9,488 nucleotides of DNA from the NCBI GenBank assembly GCA_000004985.1, contig GG739036.1, one strand, 5' to 3'. The position numbers and the translations under genes were made by a program. The DNA comes from Naegleria gruberi (Eukaryota). Under the pieces are notes generated by a model. The model had not been told where the DNA came from, ran no database searches, and saw only the letters and a list, made by a program, of their open reading frames with translations. Below are positions 1 through 8,526 of the stretch, piece after piece (position 1 is the first letter of the stretch; every line of letters begins with the position of its first letter).

Positions 1-1289
1 AGATACATTTATTCACACTGATATACATCTGGTATCAATTTTAGTGTTTTAGAATTGAATTCAATATGATAATAATAACATTCTGTCAAATTGTCATATT
101 TCAACATATAGAATGAATACCATCTCAGTCAGTTTACAAAATATCATACTTGTATCAAATATGAATACACTTCCCTTGATGAGGAGAACAATCTGAGAAA
201 GTTTTATATTCATGGCAACATTCCATCTAAGGTAATCAAAAGGGAAGATTATACAAGAATAATACATTCAATTATTATATTCATGTCAGTAATCAGTGAA
301 GGTGACACTTCTTTCACCTTATACACATCTCAATATCTAGACTGTCTATTCCACTGAAACTTGAAATATTACCTATCTAGATGATATAATGATGACTCTC
401 CATAGTAACATACATGTGAAATTGAATATTGACACTTTTCATCTTGTTATATTTATAGAGATGGTATCCAACAGAGTCAGTTCACAATCTTAAATATTGA
501 AACTCATTCTGTATGACATACGTGATGTATAGAACGGTTTTTTTATTGAATGTAATCAGTTTGAAATAATTTGATGAAATTGACACTGTCTAATCACCTT
601 TACATGACAAATAGTCCATTGCTTACATTCCATCTCAGTCACTTCAGCGATTTATTGGTTAATTCCACCAACAGTATGTTTCTCATACATTTTAGTACAG
701 TTTATATTTCAAGAGTGATTTCTGTGTAGATTATTATAATCGTAATTCCATGCAATACCAATAAAACTCAGTAGAAGAGTTAATTCTTCTCATTTTCAAA
801 TAGATTATTCAATATAGAACACATCTAGATAGTTTCCAGATCATAAAAGTCAAGATACTATATATGGTCTTTGATTAAATTTAAAAATAGACTGCCGTTA
901 ATTACTGGAATATTAATATTCAAAGCTTGATGAGCAAGCTATTGATTGAAATCCAACCGATTATTGAATATTGATTATTGAATTGGTGAATAATCACTCT
1001 TGATAATGTTACTTATTCATATTGCATGCAAATCAACCTGATTCAATCTACTTCTCAAAGTCCATAATACAAAAGTTGATACTGACCTGACCTTTAAATA
1101 TCTGTCAATATAAGAAATGAAACCATCAAATTTACATCATTTATAGATGATAAGAAATATAATCAATGATATGAATCTTCACTAAGTAATCTATTAAATA
1201 ACCCAAATAAATCAATTCTGAATCCTAACCTTACACCTTTTATTTAATAAATATTAAATTTTATAAGGTTAATCTTTTCCAATTGATTC

Positions 1290-2357
1290 TTAAACAATTT
1301 GACAAATTAAAATCAAATCATGATATGATTTTGGGAATGGTTTGATTGGTGATTTCTTTCTTGGTGGTCCAATATGTGGATATTGTTGGAAATCAAATGG
1401 AACATCTCCTTCATATCCAAGTACATCTCCAATTCCAGCAATTATTTTCATATTTCCGTTCTTGAAAATCTTTCTTACGCAATGATTATAGTGGTCAGCA
1501 AAATAAACTTGATTTTTTGAATCAACAAATATTCCTGTTGGCCAACAAAGTTTTGTTCTTGTTGCTAATTTAAAATCTCCATTATATCCTTTTTTTCCTG
1601 GAATTCCTGCAATGTTTTTGATGATTCCATTGGGTAATATCTTTCTTATCACATGATTGTCTAAATCTGAAAAGTAAATTTCATCATTGTGAACAAAGAG
1701 AGAGTCAGGGTTGTTCAAACTTGTATCAGTGGCATTCCTTCTATCTCCATTGTATCCTTCAATTCCATTTCCTGCAATTGTGTGGATAATTCCATTTCTA
1801 TCAATTTTTCTAATCCTATTACTGAAGGAATCTGCAATGTAAATTTCATCTTTGTATTGAAATACACTACTAGGGTATCTCAATGAAGCCAATGTTGCCA
1901 ATTGATTATCTCCGTTGTATGTCATAATTCCATTTCCAGCAATTGTGCGGATGATGCCATTTCTATCAATCTTTCTCACACGATGATTTCTTTTATCACA
2001 AAATAATACTTCATCATTGTCAGTAATAAAAAGACCACAAGGAGAGTTCAATTTTGTATTTACAGCCAATTGATCATCTCCATTGTATTCTGTTTCATAT
2101 GTTCCGGCAATTTTTGAAATGATTCCAAATTCATCAATCTTGAAAATCAAATTACGTTCACCTTCCGAAATATAAACTTGATTTGATGATGAAACAACAA
2201 TAGAAGATGGATCATACAATGATCCACGCTCATTTCCTGCAATTGTTACAATTTGACCATTCCGAAGCAATTTTCTCACTCGATCATTACCCGTATCAGC
2301 AATAAATACTTCGTCATTTGAAACAAAAACGGCACTTGGACGATTGAGGTTTGACAT
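1290..2357 (-). CDS. Intact gene for an NHL-repeat six-bladed beta-propeller protein (355 aa). It has no N-terminal RING, B-box or coiled coil and no signal peptide.
   Basis: Single uninterrupted ORF with an ATG at 2355-2357 in an A-rich context (caaaaaaATGtc) and a TAA stop at 1290-1292. The translation contains six tandem units of about 47-55 aa, each of the form [PS]xx[IVL]FVxx(D/N)(E/Q)[IV][YF][IF][AS]DxxN(H/D)R[IV]RK[IL]xxNGxIxTIAG followed by a G(Y)NGDxxxAT..L..P linker. This is the NHL repeat signature (NCL-1/HT2A/LIN-41 family propeller). Blade starts in the protein: AVFVSNDEVFIADTGNDRVRKLL, SSIVVSSSNQVYISEGERNLIFKI, PCGLFITDNDEVLFCDKRNHRVRKI, PSSVFQYKDEIYIADSFSNRIRKI, PDSLFVHNDEIYFSDLDNHVIRKI, PTGIFVDSKNQVYFADHYNHCVRKI. 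On the minus strand, TTTATT/AATAAA lies about 45 nt downstream of the stop (plus coordinates about 1240-1252). Confidence 0.8.
   Translation of the reverse strand: MSNLNRPSAVFVSNDEVFIADTGNDRVRKLLRNGQIVTIAGNERGSLYDPSSIVVSSSNQVYISEGERNLIFKIDEFGIISKIAGTYETEYNGDDQLAVNTKLNSPCGLFITDNDEVLFCDKRNHRVRKIDRNGIIRTIAGNGIMTYNGDNQLATLASLRYPSSVFQYKDEIYIADSFSNRIRKIDRNGIIHTIAGNGIEGYNGDRRNATDTSLNNPDSLFVHNDEIYFSDLDNHVIRKILPNGIIKNIAGIPGKKGYNGDFKLATRTKLCWPTGIFVDSKNQVYFADHYNHCVRKIFKNGNMKIIAGIGDVLGYEGDVPFDFQQYPHIGPPRKKSPIKPFPKSYHDLILICQIV
1761..1813 (-). repeat. Copy 1 of an intragenic tandem DNA repeat: NHL blade 4 coding segment, about 89% identical to 1926-1978.
   Basis: aattccatttcctgcaattgtgtggataattccatttctatcaatttttct (1761-) aligns with aattccatttccagcaattgtgcggatgatgccatttctatcaatctttct (1926-), about 47 of 53 identical. 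The offset is 165 nt, i.e. 55 codons, exactly one blade. The encoded peptides are RIRKIDRNGIIHTIAGNGI versus RVRKIDRNGIIRTIAGNGI. Confidence 0.6.
1926..1978 (-). repeat. Copy 2 of the intragenic tandem DNA repeat: NHL blade 3 coding segment.
   Basis: See the partner repeat at 1761-1813. Nucleotide identity is far higher than between the other blades, implying a recent blade duplication or gene conversion. Confidence 0.6.
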
Positions 2358-3164
2358 TTTTTTGATGGTTGTGAACGAACCTGTTGATCATTCAATCCAC
2401 ATTTTTGAGTGTTGGATATATATTCTGTGAATGTTTGAATATTCTTCACAATCATCCCTTCACAAATACACCTTTACACTAATGAATCTGAATAGGAGGG
2501 AACACCAGACAATTAACTCTGTGCCCTGTAGAACTTTGATATATTTGAGTAAGATTCCATTGACAATGTGAAACAGTCAATCGCCTTTTCATAATCACAA
2601 GCATTCCTGTATGGCCATTCCATTAAGAAAATTGTAAAAGGATTTGATCTTCTCTTTTGTTCCCCAAATTGGATTAAGATTGACAATAGTCTTAATATTA
2701 ATATCTTTTGTTATATCTATAGAAGCTAATAGGTTCAAAGCAGAATGATTATTACCATTAGAAATATCAATCAAAGCCTTTACCAAAATACAAATCAACT
2801 CAACTTCTGGGCTACCGATTACACAACAAGTCAAGGTCCTTAATTGAATCAGTCAATGATAATGGAATATTAACGGAAAGCCTGTCAGGAATATGACGAC
2901 TATCCCGCGATTCATGTCATGGTATTTTGGAACTTGAAGTACATTAGACATCATAACGTAGTGTGTTGAATCTTCAGAGTAGTTTAAAAAAAGAATAATA
3001 CCATAATGAAGTGAATTTAAAACAAACTGAAGGTTAGAGAGCTTGTGAAATTGAATTGTATTTGAGGCATGTAGTGTAATTCTAACATCACGATCAGCTC
3101 ATTTCTCTGAAGTGTTGGTGGCGAAACTCCACCCATGCCTTTTTACTTCATGAAGTAAAAAAAA

Positions 3165-3827
3165 ATGTCTGAAGAAGTACGTTCGTGTAGTGTTTCCTTC
3201 TGTCATCGGTCAACCAAAACACTTGTCAGAAATGTCCGAATTCTACGTTGGAGATGAAGCTCAATCAAAACGAGGTCTATTAAATTTGAGAAATCCAATC
3301 AATCAAGGAATTGTCAATAATTGGGATGATATGGAAAGGATTTGGTTTCATACTTTTTACAATGAATTGAGAGTTGTTTTGAGGAATATCCAATATTGAT
3401 GAGTGAAGTTGCGTTGAATCTCAAGACAAATAGAGAGATGATGTCACAAGTCATGTTTGAAAAATTTTGTGTGCCAGCTCTGTATGTTGCTAATAGAGCT
3501 GTCTTGGCATTGTACGCTTCTGGAAAAAGTACTGGAATGATTGTGAATTCTGGAGATTCTGTCACTCATGCCGTTCCTATTTATGAAGGTCATACTCTGC
3601 CACATGCCATTTTGAAAATGGAAATGAAAATGTTAACAGAAAGAGGATACACTTTCACTAACACTGCTGAAAGAGAAATAGATCGTAAAGAAAAGCTCTG
3701 TTACCTTGCTCTCTATTTTCAAGAGGAAATGAATTCGGTTGTAAGAGAGGAACCAACCATTGATAGAAAATTGTATGATATACCAAAGGGTAATGTTGTC
3801 ACTCTTGGGAATGAAAGATTCAGATGA
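3165..3827 (+). pseudogene. Actin-derived pseudogene: N-terminally deleted, frameshifted, internally deleted and C-terminally truncated.
   Basis: ATG at 3165 in the context aaaaaaaaATGtct, reading MSEEV (compare actin M-x-DEEV). Frame +1 from about 3181 then reads [64 protein letters not shown], which corresponds to actin [69 protein letters not shown]. About 22 codons are missing ([22 protein letters not shown], the phosphate-1 loop), and the deletion length is not a multiple of three. At 3375-3380 'gtt gtt tt gag gaa' replaces the expected 6 nt for Ala-Pro, a 1-nt frameshift. Frame 0 then continues [117 protein letters not shown]...[12 protein letters not shown]. Relative to actin this lacks AGRDLTDYLM (10 aa) and VRDI is reduced to DR. 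A TGA at 3825-3827 ends homology at about actin residue 210, and no CPEALFQPSFLG follows. Confidence 0.75.
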
Positions 3828-3833
3828 ACATTT

Positions 3834-3839
3834 AAAAAA
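3834..3839 (-). terminator. RNA polymerase III oligo-T terminator of the 5S rRNA gene (T6 on the minus strand).
   Basis: The plus strand reads aaaaaa at 3834-3839, immediately 3' on the minus strand of the 5S end ...GCTGTAGTCTTTGC. A T-run of at least 4 on the coding strand is the canonical pol III termination signal. Confidence 0.55.
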
Positions 3840-3962
3840 GCAAAGACTACAGCACCACAGGTTCCCAAGTTGTCTCCAACCTCAGTACTGATGTGGCTCG
3901 ACGATGCTTAACTTCTCAAATCGGACGGGATGAGGTGTATTCATCGTGATATGGCCGTAGCC
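3840..3962 (-). rRNA. 5S ribosomal RNA gene, complete and about 120 nt long. Not in the ORF track.
   Basis: The minus-strand sequence is GGCTACGGCCATATCACGATGAATACACCTCATCCCGTCCGATTTGAGAAGTTAAGCATCGTCGAGCCACATCAGTACTGAGGTTGGAGACAACTTGGGAACCTGTGGTGCTGTAGTCTTTGC. It matches the eukaryotic 5S consensus throughout: the 5' GGCTACGGCCATA-CAC start, box A (GAAGTTAAGCA-CGTCG at about +45-62), box C (TCAGTACTGAGGTTGGAGAC...CTGGGAA at about +70-100), and the 3' GGTGCTGTAG-CTTT end. Helix I closes, with 5' GGCUACGGC pairing to 3' GCUGUAGUC through G-U wobbles. It is followed by an oligo-T terminator. Confidence 0.9.
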
Positions 3963-3985
3963 ATCATTTATCTTAATTCTTAGTA
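3963..3985 (-). promoter_or_regulatory. Conserved 5'-flanking block upstream of 5S copy 1, a possible upstream promoter element, with a TATA-like tract (TTTTTATAC) further upstream.
   Basis: On the minus strand, TACTAAGAATTAAGATAAATGAT sits immediately 5' of the 5S start. It is conserved in copy 2 with 2 mismatches in 23 (TACAAAGAATTGAGATAAATGAT), whereas sequence further upstream diverges by indels. TTTTTATAC lies at about -25 to -33 on the minus strand (plus coordinates about 3986-3995). That 5S genes in some eukaryotes use upstream elements is established knowledge; a function here is inferred. Confidence 0.3.
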
Positions 3986-4144
3986 TAAAAACAATCTCAT
4001 AACACTCATCAAGCAATTACTGATAATCCTTTATTTATTCAAAACCAATTGTTCAGCCACTGAATTTGTACTATCAATATGTTTCGTGTTTTAAAGTAAT
4101 TAAGGAAGGCGTGCTAATGTTGTTATCTTAATAAATGGGTTGAC

Positions 4145-4347
4145 CTAACATTTAAGTTTATCAAAAACCATCTTCCCATTTTGTGGTAAAGCTAATTCAA
4201 GTGCATTGAAACCCTTCGAATAAATCACCTTTTCTAATTTTGGTAATTTTAATAAAGATTCCAATCCAAACTGATCTATTTCAGCATATTTGATGGAGAG
4301 TTTCTTAATAGACTCAAATTTAGAGAAATGTTCTGCTAATTCATTGG
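4145..4347 (-). CDS. 3' end of a leucine-rich-repeat-like protein gene. It is partial, with the 5' part lost in the assembly gap.
   Basis: A 67-codon open frame on the minus strand ends at a TAG (plus coordinates 4145-4147). The translation (N to C) is ...NELAEHFSKFESIKKLSIKYAEIDQFGLESLLKLPKLEKVIYSKGFNALELALPQNGKMVFDKLKC*. It shows LxxLxxLxxL / LxL spacing typical of LRR or RNI-like C-terminal regions. The open frame is long for a sequence this AT-rich. The opposite-strand frame is full of TAA codons. Confidence 0.5.
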
Positions 4348-7300
4348 NNNNNNNNNNNNNNNNNNNNNNNNNNNNNNNNNNNNNNNNNNNNNNNNNNNNN
4401 NNNNNNNNNNNNNNNNNNNNNNNNNNNNNNNNNNNNNNNNNNNNNNNNNNNNNNNNNNNNNNNNNNNNNNNNNNNNNNNNNNNNNNNNNNNNNNNNNNNN
4501 NNNNNNNNNNNNNNNNNNNNNNNNNNNNNNNNNNNNNNNNNNNNNNNNNNNNNNNNNNNNNNNNNNNNNNNNNNNNNNNNNNNNNNNNNNNNNNNNNNNN
4601 NNNNNNNNNNNNNNNNNNNNNNNNNNNNNNNNNNNNNNNNNNNNNNNNNNNNNNNNNNNNNNNNNNNNNNNNNNNNNNNNNNNNNNNNNNNNNNNNNNNN
4701 NNNNNNNNNNNNNNNNNNNNNNNNNNNNNNNNNNNNNNNNNNNNNNNNNNNNNNNNNNNNNNNNNNNNNNNNNNNNNNNNNNNNNNNNNNNNNNNNNNNN
4801 NNNNNNNNNNNNNNNNNNNNNNNNNNNNNNNNNNNNNNNNNNNNNNNNNNNNNNNNNNNNNNNNNNNNNNNNNNNNNNNNNNNNNNNNNNNNNNNNNNNN
4901 NNNNNNNNNNNNNNNNNNNNNNNNNNNNNNNNNNNNNNNNNNNNNNNNNNNNNNNNNNNNNNNNNNNNNNNNNNNNNNNNNNNNNNNNNNNNNNNNNNNN
5001 NNNNNNNNNNNNNNNNNNNNNNNNNNNNNNNNNNNNNNNNNNNNNNNNNNNNNNNNNNNNNNNNNNNNNNNNNNNNNNNNNNNNNNNNNNNNNNNNNNNN
5101 NNNNNNNNNNNNNNNNNNNNNNNNNNNNNNNNNNNNNNNNNNNNNNNNNNNNNNNNNNNNNNNNNNNNNNNNNNNNNNNNNNNNNNNNNNNNNNNNNNNN
5201 NNNNNNNNNNNNNNNNNNNNNNNNNNNNNNNNNNNNNNNNNNNNNNNNNNNNNNNNNNNNNNNNNNNNNNNNNNNNNNNNNNNNNNNNNNNNNNNNNNNN
5301 NNNNNNNNNNNNNNNNNNNNNNNNNNNNNNNNNNNNNNNNNNNNNNNNNNNNNNNNNNNNNNNNNNNNNNNNNNNNNNNNNNNNNNNNNNNNNNNNNNNN
5401 NNNNNNNNNNNNNNNNNNNNNNNNNNNNNNNNNNNNNNNNNNNNNNNNNNNNNNNNNNNNNNNNNNNNNNNNNNNNNNNNNNNNNNNNNNNNNNNNNNNN
5501 NNNNNNNNNNNNNNNNNNNNNNNNNNNNNNNNNNNNNNNNNNNNNNNNNNNNNNNNNNNNNNNNNNNNNNNNNNNNNNNNNNNNNNNNNNNNNNNNNNNN
5601 NNNNNNNNNNNNNNNNNNNNNNNNNNNNNNNNNNNNNNNNNNNNNNNNNNNNNNNNNNNNNNNNNNNNNNNNNNNNNNNNNNNNNNNNNNNNNNNNNNNN
5701 NNNNNNNNNNNNNNNNNNNNNNNNNNNNNNNNNNNNNNNNNNNNNNNNNNNNNNNNNNNNNNNNNNNNNNNNNNNNNNNNNNNNNNNNNNNNNNNNNNNN
5801 NNNNNNNNNNNNNNNNNNNNNNNNNNNNNNNNNNNNNNNNNNNNNNNNNNNNNNNNNNNNNNNNNNNNNNNNNNNNNNNNNNNNNNNNNNNNNNNNNNNN
5901 NNNNNNNNNNNNNNNNNNNNNNNNNNNNNNNNNNNNNNNNNNNNNNNNNNNNNNNNNNNNNNNNNNNNNNNNNNNNNNNNNNNNNNNNNNNNNNNNNNNN
6001 NNNNNNNNNNNNNNNNNNNNNNNNNNNNNNNNNNNNNNNNNNNNNNNNNNNNNNNNNNNNNNNNNNNNNNNNNNNNNNNNNNNNNNNNNNNNNNNNNNNN
6101 NNNNNNNNNNNNNNNNNNNNNNNNNNNNNNNNNNNNNNNNNNNNNNNNNNNNNNNNNNNNNNNNNNNNNNNNNNNNNNNNNNNNNNNNNNNNNNNNNNNN
6201 NNNNNNNNNNNNNNNNNNNNNNNNNNNNNNNNNNNNNNNNNNNNNNNNNNNNNNNNNNNNNNNNNNNNNNNNNNNNNNNNNNNNNNNNNNNNNNNNNNNN
6301 NNNNNNNNNNNNNNNNNNNNNNNNNNNNNNNNNNNNNNNNNNNNNNNNNNNNNNNNNNNNNNNNNNNNNNNNNNNNNNNNNNNNNNNNNNNNNNNNNNNN
6401 NNNNNNNNNNNNNNNNNNNNNNNNNNNNNNNNNNNNNNNNNNNNNNNNNNNNNNNNNNNNNNNNNNNNNNNNNNNNNNNNNNNNNNNNNNNNNNNNNNNN
6501 NNNNNNNNNNNNNNNNNNNNNNNNNNNNNNNNNNNNNNNNNNNNNNNNNNNNNNNNNNNNNNNNNNNNNNNNNNNNNNNNNNNNNNNNNNNNNNNNNNNN
6601 NNNNNNNNNNNNNNNNNNNNNNNNNNNNNNNNNNNNNNNNNNNNNNNNNNNNNNNNNNNNNNNNNNNNNNNNNNNNNNNNNNNNNNNNNNNNNNNNNNNN
6701 NNNNNNNNNNNNNNNNNNNNNNNNNNNNNNNNNNNNNNNNNNNNNNNNNNNNNNNNNNNNNNNNNNNNNNNNNNNNNNNNNNNNNNNNNNNNNNNNNNNN
6801 NNNNNNNNNNNNNNNNNNNNNNNNNNNNNNNNNNNNNNNNNNNNNNNNNNNNNNNNNNNNNNNNNNNNNNNNNNNNNNNNNNNNNNNNNNNNNNNNNNNN
6901 NNNNNNNNNNNNNNNNNNNNNNNNNNNNNNNNNNNNNNNNNNNNNNNNNNNNNNNNNNNNNNNNNNNNNNNNNNNNNNNNNNNNNNNNNNNNNNNNNNNN
7001 NNNNNNNNNNNNNNNNNNNNNNNNNNNNNNNNNNNNNNNNNNNNNNNNNNNNNNNNNNNNNNNNNNNNNNNNNNNNNNNNNNNNNNNNNNNNNNNNNNNN
7101 NNNNNNNNNNNNNNNNNNNNNNNNNNNNNNNNNNNNNNNNNNNNNNNNNNNNNNNNNNNNNNNNNNNNNNNNNNNNNNNNNNNNNNNNNNNNNNNNNNNN
7201 NNNNNNNNNNNNNNNNNNNNNNNNNNNNNNNNNNNNNNNNNNNNNNNNNNNNNNNNNNNNNNNNNNNNNNNNNNNNNNNNNNNNNNNNNNNNNNNNNNNN

Positions 7301-8463
7301 NNNNNNNNNNNNNNNNNNNNNNNNNNNNNNNNNNNNNNNNNNNNNNNNNNNNNNNNNNNNNNNNNNNNNNNNNNNNNNNNNNNNNNNNNNNNNNNNNNNN
7401 NNNNNNNNNNNNNNNNNNNNNNNNNNNNNNNNNNNNNNNNNNNNNNNNNNNNNNNNNNNNNNNNNNNNNNNNNNNNNNNNNNNNNNNNNNNNNNNNNNNN
7501 NNNNNNNNNNNNNNNNNNNNNNNNNNNNNNNNNNNNNNNNNNNNNNNNNNNNNNNNNNNNNNNNNNNNNNNNNNNNNNNNNNNNNNNNNNNNNNNNNNNN
7601 NNNNNNNNNNNNNNNNNNNNNNNNNNNNNNNNNNNNNNNNNNNNNNNNNNNNNNNNNNNNNNNNNNNNNNNNNNNNNNNNNNNNNNNNNNNNNNNNNNNN
7701 NNNNNNNNNNNNNNNNNNNNNNNNNNNNNNNNNNNNNNNNNNNNNNNNNNNNNNNNNNNNNNNNNNNNNNNNNNNNNNNNNNNNNNNNNNNNNNNNNNNN
7801 NNNNNNNNNNNNNNNNNNNNNNNNNNNNNNNNNNNNNNNNNNNNNNNNNNNNNNNNNNNNNNNNNNNNNNNNNNNNNNNNNNNNNNNNNNNNNNNNNNNN
7901 NNNNNNNNNNNNNNNNNNNNNNNNNNNNNNNNNNNNNNNNNNNNNNNNNNNNNNNNNNNNNNNNNNNNNNNNNNNNNNNNNNNNNNNNNNNNNNNNNNNN
8001 NNNNNNNNNNNNNNNNNNNNNNNNNNNNNNNNNNNNNNNNNNNNNNNNNNNNNNNNNNNNNNNNNNNNNNNNNNNNNNNNNNNNNNNNNNNNNNNNNNNN
8101 NNNNNNNNNNNNNNNNNNNNNNNNNNNNNNNNNNNNNNNNNNNNNNNNNNNNNNNNNNNNNNNNNNNNNNNNNNNNNNNNNNNNNNNNNNNNNNNNNNNN
8201 NNNNNNNNNNNNNNNNNNNNNNNNNNNNNNNNNNNNNNNNNNNNNNNNNNNNNNNNNNNNNNNNNNNNNNNNNNNNNNNNNNNNNNNNNNNNNNNNNNNN
8301 NNNNNNNNNNNNNNNNNNNNNNNNNNNNNNNNNNNNNNNNNNNNNNNNNNNNNNNNNNNNNNNNNNNNNNNNNNNNNNNNNNNNNNNNNNNNNNNNNNNN
8401 NNNNNNNNNNNNNNNNNNNNNNNNNNNNNNNNNNNNNNNNNNNNNNNNNNNNNNNNNNNNNNN
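4348..8463. other. Assembly gap: 4116 consecutive N.
   Basis: Uninterrupted n from 4348 to 8463. The ORFs 4290..8513 (+) and 4341..8483 (-) in the supplied track are artefacts of translating N as X. Confidence 0.97.
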
Positions 8464-8526
8464 CGACGATGCTTACTTCTCAAATCGGACGGGATGAGGT
8501 GTATTCATCGTGATATGGCCGTAGCC
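8464..8526 (-). rRNA. 5S rRNA gene, second copy. It is partial: only the 5' 63 nt are visible and the 3' part is in the gap. It has a 1-nt deletion in box A.
   Basis: The minus-strand sequence is GGCTACGGCCATATCACGATGAATACACCTCATCCCGTCCGATTTGAGAAG-TAAGCATCGTCG. It is identical to copy 1 (3899-3962) except that GTTAAGC is reduced to GTAAGC. The gap edge cuts the gene at about nt 63. Confidence 0.8.

Noticed and set aside
1-1289. 1.3 kb AT-rich region with short recurring words (ccatctcagtca at about 117 and about 629, atctagat palindromes at about 375 and about 823). Scanned for terminal inverted repeats, tRNA-like T-loops and coding potential.
   Set aside because: There is no ORF of at least 60 aa. 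No GGTTCGAATCC-type tRNA signature, no convincing terminal inverted or direct repeats, and no periodicity. It is treated as intergenic or possibly decayed repeat sequence.
1290-1292. C-terminal -CQIV of the NHL protein as a CaaX prenylation box.
   Set aside because: The a1 position is Gln and X is Val, so it is non-canonical. The tail is otherwise hydrophobic (LILICQIV) and may simply be a degenerate C-terminus. It is mentioned only as a remote possibility.
1689-1886. 65-aa ORF on the plus strand.
   Set aside because: It lies entirely antisense within the strongly supported NHL gene. It has a GTG start and low-complexity Cys/Ser/Ile-rich content typical of the reverse frame of AT-rich coding DNA.
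2595-2834. 79-aa ORF on the minus strand between the NHL gene and the actin pseudogene, with faint L/I/N periodicity (ALIDISNGNNHSALNLLASIDITKDINIKTIVNL).
   Set aside because: There is no ATG until 7 codons from the end; the track's start is TTG. It has no recognisable domain and sits in a divergent-promoter intergenic region. It could be a gene relic, but I cannot support it.
3100-3125. Small hairpin GGTGGcgaaactCCACC upstream of the actin pseudogene start.
   Set aside because: It is a 5-bp stem only, with no conservation or partner signal. It is expected by chance in this much sequence.
3314-3565. 83-aa ORF on the minus strand.
   Set aside because: It is antisense to the actin-homologous region. 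Actin homology on the plus strand explains the open frame. There is no independent support.
3396-3827. Treating 3190-3399 and 3396-3827 as two separate small actin-like genes, or as exons separated by an intron.
   Set aside because: The two frames overlap by 4 nt and the switch occurs inside the conserved RV-AP-EEHP segment with exactly one nucleotide missing. That is a frameshift, not a GT...AG intron. The in-frame deletions of essential actin segments make a functional product implausible.
4290-8513. Very long ORFs, 1407 aa on the plus strand and 1380 aa on the minus strand (4341-8483), in the supplied track.
   Set aside because: They consist almost entirely of X translated from N. Their real ends are a few codons each, lie inside or antisense to the 5S gene and the LRR gene, and use non-ATG starts.
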